From Myxococcota bacterium (GTDB lineage: Bacteria > Myxococcota_A > UBA9160 > UBA4427), in the NCBI GenBank assembly GCA_965250285.1, contig OZ252299.1, forward strand, positions 64,001-128,000: a stretch of DNA of 64,000 nt, read 5' to 3'. The notes beneath the pieces were generated by a model. It saw only the letters and a list, made by a program, of their open reading frames with translations, was not told the origin of the DNA and did not search any database. Below are positions 57,800-64,000 of the stretch, piece by piece. Positions within the stretch are counted from its first letter, which is position 1; each line of letters opens with the position of its first letter. The position numbers were made by a program, and so were the translations under genes.

Positions 57800-58438
57800 T
57801 CAGCCGGCCGCCGGCTCGACGGCGATCCGCTCGACCACGACTGGCTCGAGCGGACGATCCGGTCTGCCGAAGCGGCCGTGCTTGTCGATCTCGACCTCGG
57901 CGATCGCATCGACCACGGCCTGTCCCGCAATCACGCGTCCGAACACGGTGTGGTGGCCGTCGAGCTGGGGCTGCGTGTCGAGCGTGATGAAGAACTGGCT
58001 CCCGCCCGTGTTCGGCTTTCCCGAGTTCGCCATCGAGAGCACGCCACGGGTATGGGGCGCGGCGTTGAACTCGTCGTCGATGAGGTAGCCCGGGCCGCCG
58101 TAGCCGTCGTTGCGCGGGTCGGCATCTTTCGACGCTGGGTCGCCGCCCTGGATCATGAAGCCGGGGATCACACGATGGAACAGCGTGCCGTCGTAGAAGC
58201 CCTCGGCGGCCAGCTTCTCGAAGTTCGCGACCGTCTTCGGCGCGAGCTCGGGGTAGAGCTCGAGCTCGATCTGTCCGCGGCCCGCGATGCTGATCGTCGC
58301 CCGCGGATTCGGCCCCTCCGGCCAGGTGAAAGGCGCTGCTGCGGCCGGGGCGGCTTCGGGCTCCGACGAGCATCCGCCCCCGACGCAGAGCACCCAGACG
58401 GCCGCGAGAGCGGCGCCGACACCGACGGGGCCGCGCAT
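57800..58438 (-). CDS. cyclophilin-type peptidyl-prolyl isomerase, probable lipoprotein
   Basis: [38 protein letters not shown]. Confidence 0.93.
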   Translation of the reverse strand: MRGPVGVGAALAAVWVLCVGGGCSSEPEAAPAAAAPFTWPEGPNPRATISIAGRGQIELELYPELAPKTVANFEKLAAEGFYDGTLFHRVIPGFMIQGGDPASKDADPRNDGYGGPGYLIDDEFNAAPHTRGVLSMANSGKPNTGGSQFFITLDTQPQLDGHHTVFGRVIAGQAVVDAIAEVEIDKHGRFGRPDRPLEPVVVERIAVEPAAG

Positions 58439-58627
58439 GCGTCGTCGCGACCCCTCGATGACACCAACGGGGCCGCGCATGCGTCGTCGCAACCCCTCGA
58501 TGACACCGACGGGGCCGCGCACGCGTCGTCGCAACCCCTCGATGACACCGACGGGGCCGCGCATGCGTCGTCGCGACCCCTCGATGACACCGACGGGGCC
58601 GCGCACGCGTCGTCGCAACCCCTCGAT
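58418..58627. repeat. 42-bp tandem repeat x5
   Basis: Units at 58418, 58460, 58502, 58544 and 58586 (GACACCGACGGGGCCGCGCAYGCGTCGTCGCRACCCCTCGAT). Confidence 0.95.
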
Positions 58628-58661
58628 CTCGCTCGCAGTTCTCTGTGATACGGTCCGGGCC

Positions 58662-60440
58662 ATGACTTGGGTATCGACCGATTCGCGCTCGAAGCTGAGC
58701 GCTCCGTTCACGCGCCTCCTCTCGGGCCCCGGCGCGCCGGCTCGGCGGGCGCTCGCCGCCTGGGCGTGCGTGCTCGCCGTCGCGCTCGCGCCTGGCACGA
58801 TCGGCGCCGCCTCGGGCGCGCCCGTCTTCGGCGCCGAGGGCATGGTGGTGAGCACCCACCGCGACGCGGCCGAGGCCGGGGCCGAGATCCTCCGCGACGG
58901 GGGCAACGCCGTCGACGCCGCGATCGCGACCGCGTTCGCCGTGGCCGTCACGCAGCCCTTCTCAGCCGGGCTCGGGGGCGGTGTCTTTCTGCTGATCCGC
59001 ACGCCCGAGGGCGAGATCGTCGCCATCGACGGCCGCGAGACGGCGCCCGCCGCAGCGACGGTCGACATGTACGTGCGCGACGGGGTCCCCGAGCGTGCAT
59101 CGGTGCACGGCGCGCTCGCCGTTGCGACACCCTCCTTCGTGCAGGCCCTCGAGTTCGCGCACGAAGAGTACGGGTCGATGCCGTGGAAGAAGCTGCTGAA
59201 GCCAGCGATTCGGCTCGCCGAGGACGGCTTCGAGATCGGCCGCTACCACGCGCGCATGGTCGGGTTCATGCAGCAGCGCTTGCCCGCCGAACGCTTCCCC
59301 GAGACGGCGCGCATCCAGTTCGAGCCGCTGCAGCCGACGCCGCAGCCCGGTCAGCGCCTCGTGCAGAAGGATCTCGCGCGCACGCTGAAGGCGGTCGCCA
59401 AGCGTGGGTCGCGCGAGTTCACCGAGGGCGAGACCGGCCGTCGCATCGCCGAAGAGGTCGAGCGTCGCGGCGGCATCCTGACACTGGCCGACATCGCCAG
59501 CTACGAGCCGAAGCGGCGCGAACCGGTGCGGGGCACGTATCGCGGCCTCGAGGTCTACTCGTTTCCGCCGCCGTCGTCGGGGGGCGCCGTGCTCGTGCAG
59601 GCCCTGCAGATCCTCGAGGGCTTCGACCTCGAAGCGATGCAAGCGGGCAGCTCGAACGCGCTGCACCACGTGACCGAGGCGATGAAGCTCGCCTTCGCCG
59701 ACCGTGCCGTGTACATGGGCGACAGCGACTTCGTCGAGGTCCCGATCGAGCGGCTCACCAGCGAGGCCTACGCCGAGGCCCAGCGCGCGCGCATCGACGC
59801 CGACAAGGCGGGCAGCGTCGAGCCGGCGGCGCGGCAGCTGCCCGACGACTCGGGTACGACGCACCTGTCGACCACCGATGCGGCCGGCTACGCGGTGGCG
59901 CTCACGATGACGATCAACACGCCCTTCGGCAGCGGCATCACCGTGCCCGGCACCGGCGTGGTGCTCAACAACGAGATGGACGACTTCAGCGTCGCGCCCG
60001 GGACACCCAACAGCTACGGGCTGATCGACCAGCTCGGGGCGAACAGCATTCAGCCGGGCAAGCGCCCGCTGTCGAGCATGACCCCGTCGATCCTGCTGAA
60101 AGACGGTCAGCCCTTCATCGTCACCGGCAGCCCGGGTGGGCCACGCATCATCTCGACGACGCTGCTCACGATCCTGAACGTGGTCGACTGGGGCATGGAT
60201 GCGCAGGCGGCCGTTTCGGCGCCGCGCTTTCATCACCAGTGGCGACCCGACATGCTGCGGGTCGAGCCCGAGACACCCACCGACGTCGTCGAGGCGCTCG
60301 CCGGGCGCGGGCACGACGTCGACGTCTCGAAGCGGCACTGGTCGGCCGCCGAGATGATCGTCATCGATCCGACGACGGGCGTGCATCAGGGCGGCAGCGA
60401 TCCGCGCACCGACGGCGGTGCGGTGGGGGTCGGGCGCTGA
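58662..60440 (+). CDS. ggt: gamma-glutamyltranspeptidase
   Basis: [49 protein letters not shown]. Confidence 0.95.
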   Translation: MTWVSTDSRSKLSAPFTRLLSGPGAPARRALAAWACVLAVALAPGTIGAASGAPVFGAEGMVVSTHRDAAEAGAEILRDGGNAVDAAIATAFAVAVTQPFSAGLGGGVFLLIRTPEGEIVAIDGRETAPAAATVDMYVRDGVPERASVHGALAVATPSFVQALEFAHEEYGSMPWKKLLKPAIRLAEDGFEIGRYHARMVGFMQQRLPAERFPETARIQFEPLQPTPQPGQRLVQKDLARTLKAVAKRGSREFTEGETGRRIAEEVERRGGILTLADIASYEPKRREPVRGTYRGLEVYSFPPPSSGGAVLVQALQILEGFDLEAMQAGSSNALHHVTEAMKLAFADRAVYMGDSDFVEVPIERLTSEAYAEAQRARIDADKAGSVEPAARQLPDDSGTTHLSTTDAAGYAVALTMTINTPFGSGITVPGTGVVLNNEMDDFSVAPGTPNSYGLIDQLGANSIQPGKRPLSSMTPSILLKDGQPFIVTGSPGGPRIISTTLLTILNVVDWGMDAQAAVSAPRFHHQWRPDMLRVEPETPTDVVEALAGRGHDVDVSKRHWSAAEMIVIDPTTGVHQGGSDPRTDGGAVGVGR

Positions 60441-60468
60441 GCCACCCCCGCGCCGATCGAGCTCCCCG

Positions 60469-61677
60469 ATGATCGACGCGCTCGTCGTGGTGGTCGCCGC
60501 GGTCGTCGGCGCCATGCTGGCGTTCTGGAAGCCGCTCAGTGCTTCGACGACCTGGCGGGCGACGGTCACACCGCTCGCGTCGATCATGGGCAGCGGCTTC
60601 CTCGTGAGCGCGCCGTTGCTCGGGGGCGCCGTCGGTGTCTACGCCGCCGCCTGCATGGCCGGCCTGCTTCTGCTCGCGTACGGCGTCGGCGAGGCCGTGC
60701 GGTTCAACATCGTGCACTTCGAACCTGTGGCCAGGCACGGGCACGGTGCGGCGCAGTCGCTCGCGCTGCTGTCGCGCTTCGTGCTCGCGGGCGCCTACTT
60801 CGTCTCGATCAGCTACTACCTGCAGCTGCTCGCGACCTTCGTGCTGCACTCGGCGGGGGTCGCGGCGGATCCCATGGCCGACATCGTCACGACGTCCCTG
60901 CTCGTGACCATCGGGGGCATCGGGATCGTCTGGGGCCTCAGGCGGCTGATCTCGGTCGAGCGATACGCCGTCGCGCTGAACCTGGGCATGATCGTCGCTC
61001 TGCTGGTCGGTCTCGCGCTCTACAACGTGCGGTTGCTGGTCGAGGGCCGCTGGCAATGGCCCGACGTCACCTCGGGGGTCGACTTCGCCGGTCTGCGCGT
61101 GTTGCTCGGGCTGCTGATCGTCGTGCAGGGGTTCGAGGCTTCGCGCTACCTCGGTGAGGCGTTCGACGCCGAGACACGGGTGCGGACGATGAAGCTCGCC
61201 CAGCTCATCTCGACCGTCATCTATCTGATCTTTCTGTCGCTGGCGACCGTGTTGTTCCACGACGGACTGGGCGCCGACGTCACGGCGATCATCGAGATGA
61301 CCGCCCCGGTCGCCCTCGTGCTGCCGATGCTGCTCACCGTGGCCGCCGTGGGCTCGCAGTTCAGCGCTGCGGTCGCCGACACCGAGGGCAGCGGCGGATT
61401 GATCGCCGAGCTCGGGGGTGGGCGCGTGACCAGCCGCCACGCCTACGCGCTGATCCTCGCGGTGACCGTCGCGCTGACCTGGGAGACCGACGTCGCGACC
61501 ATCATCGCGTACGCCTCGCGCGCCTTCGCGCTCTTCTACACGCTGCAGTGCGGCGTGGCGTTCGTGATGACGCGCCAGCTGGTGGATCTGCCCGGACGCA
61601 ACGCGAAGTCGCTGCTCTTCGCCGCGCTCACGGCGATGGCGCTGGCCGTGTTTCTGCTGGGGGTGCCGGCCGAGTAG
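60469..61677 (+). CDS. APC-superfamily-like membrane permease
   Basis: About 11-12 TMs; TPLASIMGSGFL, VQGFEASRYLG. Confidence 0.7.
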   Translation: MIDALVVVVAAVVGAMLAFWKPLSASTTWRATVTPLASIMGSGFLVSAPLLGGAVGVYAAACMAGLLLLAYGVGEAVRFNIVHFEPVARHGHGAAQSLALLSRFVLAGAYFVSISYYLQLLATFVLHSAGVAADPMADIVTTSLLVTIGGIGIVWGLRRLISVERYAVALNLGMIVALLVGLALYNVRLLVEGRWQWPDVTSGVDFAGLRVLLGLLIVVQGFEASRYLGEAFDAETRVRTMKLAQLISTVIYLIFLSLATVLFHDGLGADVTAIIEMTAPVALVLPMLLTVAAVGSQFSAAVADTEGSGGLIAELGGGRVTSRHAYALILAVTVALTWETDVATIIAYASRAFALFYTLQCGVAFVMTRQLVDLPGRNAKSLLFAALTAMALAVFLLGVPAE

Positions 61678-61686
61678 GTCGCGGCA

Positions 61687-64000
61687 TCACGGCGCCACGA
61701 GCGCCTCGGTGTAGGCATCGAGCCGAATCACCTGTCGTGCGACGCGCAGACAGTCTTCTCGACTGATCGCGAGCACTTCGTCGGCGTACCGCTCGTAGCT
61801 CTTCGGGCCGAGGCCGTAGAGATCGTCGAGCGACATGTGTGTGGCCAGGCTCGAGTTGCGCTGCAGGTCGATCGCGAAGTTGCCCGCGAGGTTCAGCCGC
61901 GCACGGTCGAGCTCGCCCTCGCTCGGCGCTGCCTCGAGCAGGCGCTCGAGCTCTTCGAAGATCCCGCGTCGCGCCGTCTCGAGCTTGTCGGGCGCCGTCC
62001 CGATGTACACGGCGAAGAAGCCCGGATGCACGCCTTCGACGTTCGTCGCGTTGACCGAGTAGGCGAGGCTCTGGCGGTCGCGCAGCTCGAGGAAGAGCCG
62101 GCCGCCCTGGCCCGCGAGCAGCTGCGAGATCACCTCGAGGGTGTGCCGGTCGGGATCGTCGACCGACAGTCCGCGGAAGCCGATCACCAGATGCGCCTGG
62201 GCGCGATCCTTGGCGATGTGGGCTTCGCGCACGCCGGGCCCGCGTGCCTCGAGCGCGACCTCGGGCAGCGCCGGGGCATCGGTGCGCAGGCCGCCGAGCC
62301 GATCCTGCCATGCGCGTGCGACGTGGTCGGGGTCGACGTCGCCCGAGACGGCGACGACCATGCCGGGCTTCGCGAGCAGGCGATCGTGGTGGGCGCGAAC
62401 CTGGGATGCGTCGAGAGACTCGGTCACCTTGCGGCGACCGATGAGCGGGAGCCGGTAGGGATGGGTCTCGAACTCGGTCTCGGCGAAGAGCATGAACGCG
62501 CGCTGGGCCAGCTGATCTTCGAGCCGATCGAACGCGGCGAGCGTTTCGCGCCGCTCGCGCTCGATCTCTTCGGGGTGGAAGCCCGGTTCGAGCGCGACCT
62601 CGGCGAAGAGGTCGAGCGCGCGGTCGAATGATGCACTGGTCGACTCGAGCGTGAGCCCACACGAGCTGCGACCCGAGAAGCCATCGACCTCGGCGGCGAG
62701 GTCTTCGATCGCGCTCGCGAAGTCGGCGGCGCTGCGCTTCGCCGTGCCCCGCGTCCACATCGAAGCGAGGAAGCTGCCGAGACCGGCGTTGCTCTCGTCT
62801 TCGGCGAGCAGCCCGCCGTGTGCGACGGCGCGCAGCGCAACGACCGGCACCGAGCGGCGCGGCAAGACGTGCAAACGCAGGCCGTCGAGATCGAACGTCT
62901 CGATCTGCGTCGCATCGCCGCCCCCCGCCGCGCTGGCCTCGCCGCCCCCGGCGCGAGTGGTGCCGTTCGAGCGCGGTGCGGCGATCGCGGCCTCGGGCAG
63001 CGCGCGGCGCGCACGATCGAAGCCGGCGCGCACGGCCGATTCGAGCGCCGCGGCGTCGAGTCGGTCGTGATCGGTGTCGGGGATCAGGGCCGCAGCGACC
63101 AGCTCTTCGGGGTCGAGATAGGTCTGCGCGACGCGAAGCAGATCGTCGGTGGTCGCGCGGCCGAGCGCCTCGAAATAGTCGGCCTCGCTCTGCCAGCCAT
63201 CGCCCAAGACCTGAAAGTGTCCGAGCTTGCTCGCCAGCCCCGACACACTCTCGCGTTCGAAGTGTTCGCTCGCGAGAAAGTTCGCCCGGGCCCGCTCGAG
63301 TTCTGCCTGCGAGACCGGCTCGCGGCGCAGGCGCTCGACCTGGTCGGCCACCGCCTCGAGCGCGCCGCGGACCCGCGCCTCATCGGTCTCGAGGCCGATC
63401 GTGAAGAGCCCACGATCGAGCGGCGTGTACGACGAAGCGTCGATGCGATCGGCGAGGCCGGCCTGATCCTTCACGTCCCGAACCAGTCGACTCGACTCGC
63501 ACTCCCCGAGCAGATAGGCGAGCAGGTCGAGGTGCACGGCGTCTTCGTCGCGGAAGCGCGCCGACGGCCACGCCAGCTCGACCCGTTGCCCCTCGAAGGG
63601 CCGGCGCTCGACGACCGCCTTCAGGCCGCGATGCGGCGACTCGTGGGTGCGGGCGCGCTCCGCATCGCCGGGCGCCGCGTCCCCGAAGCGCGCGACGATC
63701 GCGTCGCGCACCGCCGACTTGTCGAAGTCGCCGGCGGCGACCACGACGAGATTGTCGGGGCGGTACCAGCGGTCGAAGAAGCGCATCACCTTCGCGCGAT
63801 CGAACGCGGCCACGTTCTCGGGCGGGCCGAGGATCGGCGCACCGTACGGATGCTCGCGATACGCCTCTTTGAAGGTCAGGTCGCTCAGCACGTGGCCGGG
63901 GTGGTCTTCGCTGCGCCGGATCTCTTCGAGCACGACCTCGCGTTCGCGCTGCACCTCGTCCGAATCGAAGACCGAGTGCAAGATCGCATCGGAGAGCACG
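61687..64000 (-). CDS. M16 (pitrilysin-like) zinc peptidase, partial (5' end beyond window)
   Basis: EREVVLEE, HPYGAPILG, YRPDN, GRLFLELRDRQSLAY; tandem M16 halves. Confidence 0.9.
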   Translation of the reverse strand, partial: VLSDAILHSVFDSDEVQREREVVLEEIRRSEDHPGHVLSDLTFKEAYREHPYGAPILGPPENVAAFDRAKVMRFFDRWYRPDNLVVVAAGDFDKSAVRDAIVARFGDAAPGDAERARTHESPHRGLKAVVERRPFEGQRVELAWPSARFRDEDAVHLDLLAYLLGECESSRLVRDVKDQAGLADRIDASSYTPLDRGLFTIGLETDEARVRGALEAVADQVERLRREPVSQAELERARANFLASEHFERESVSGLASKLGHFQVLGDGWQSEADYFEALGRATTDDLLRVAQTYLDPEELVAAALIPDTDHDRLDAAALESAVRAGFDRARRALPEAAIAAPRSNGTTRAGGGEASAAGGGDATQIETFDLDGLRLHVLPRRSVPVVALRAVAHGGLLAEDESNAGLGSFLASMWTRGTAKRSAADFASAIEDLAAEVDGFSGRSSCGLTLESTSASFDRALDLFAEVALEPGFHPEEIERERRETLAAFDRLEDQLAQRAFMLFAETEFETHPYRLPLIGRRKVTESLDASQVRAHHDRLLAKPGMVVAVSGDVDPDHVARAWQDRLGGLRTDAPALPEVALEARGPGVREAHIAKDRAQAHLVIGFRGLSVDDPDRHTLEVISQLLAGQGGRLFLELRDRQSLAYSVNATNVEGVHPGFFAVYIGTAPDKLETARRGIFEELERLLEAAPSEGELDRARLNLAGNFAIDLQRNSSLATHMSLDDLYGLGPKSYERYADEVLAISREDCLRVARQVIRLDAYTEALVAP

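Noticed and set aside
58418..58627. 42-bp repeats as CRISPR
   Set aside because: Head-to-tail units with no unique spacers.

Overview
GC-rich bacterial DNA, consistent with a Myxococcota/deltaproteobacterium-like organism (inferred from four PEP-CTERM genes and the gene content). Left to right: an RND efflux pair behind a sigma54-like promoter; a Fur-box-controlled heme/iron uptake locus (two hemP paralogs, TonB-dependent receptor, TonB/ExbBD, ChuX/HutX-like protein, ABC importer, an unusual split-barrel protein, two surface-sorted proteins); a minus-strand catabolic cluster (PhyH dioxygenase, three SDRs, ThuA, atypical P450, amidohydrolases, aldehyde:ferredoxin oxidoreductase); phoA, PEP-CTERM genes, an M20 peptidase and a Kef K+ efflux pair. 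A ~16 kb genomic island (40481-56537) is integrated in the 3' end of tRNA-Phe(GAA) with a 49-bp direct repeat. It carries a P4-like integrase with excisionase-like genes and an integron cassette array (five 131-bp attC sites, an attI-like core, no IntI). The first cassette holds a SEC-C gene that needs two frame changes, both at Arg-Phe TTT(T)C sites. TIR and DUF4238 defence candidates and a set of exported proteins follow. Right of the tRNA lie a UGA-readthrough GrdB/PrdB-like selenoprotein with a SECIS-like hairpin, a cyclophilin with a 42-bp tandem repeat over its start, ggt, a permease and a partial M16 peptidase. All calls come from reading motifs by eye; no searches were run.
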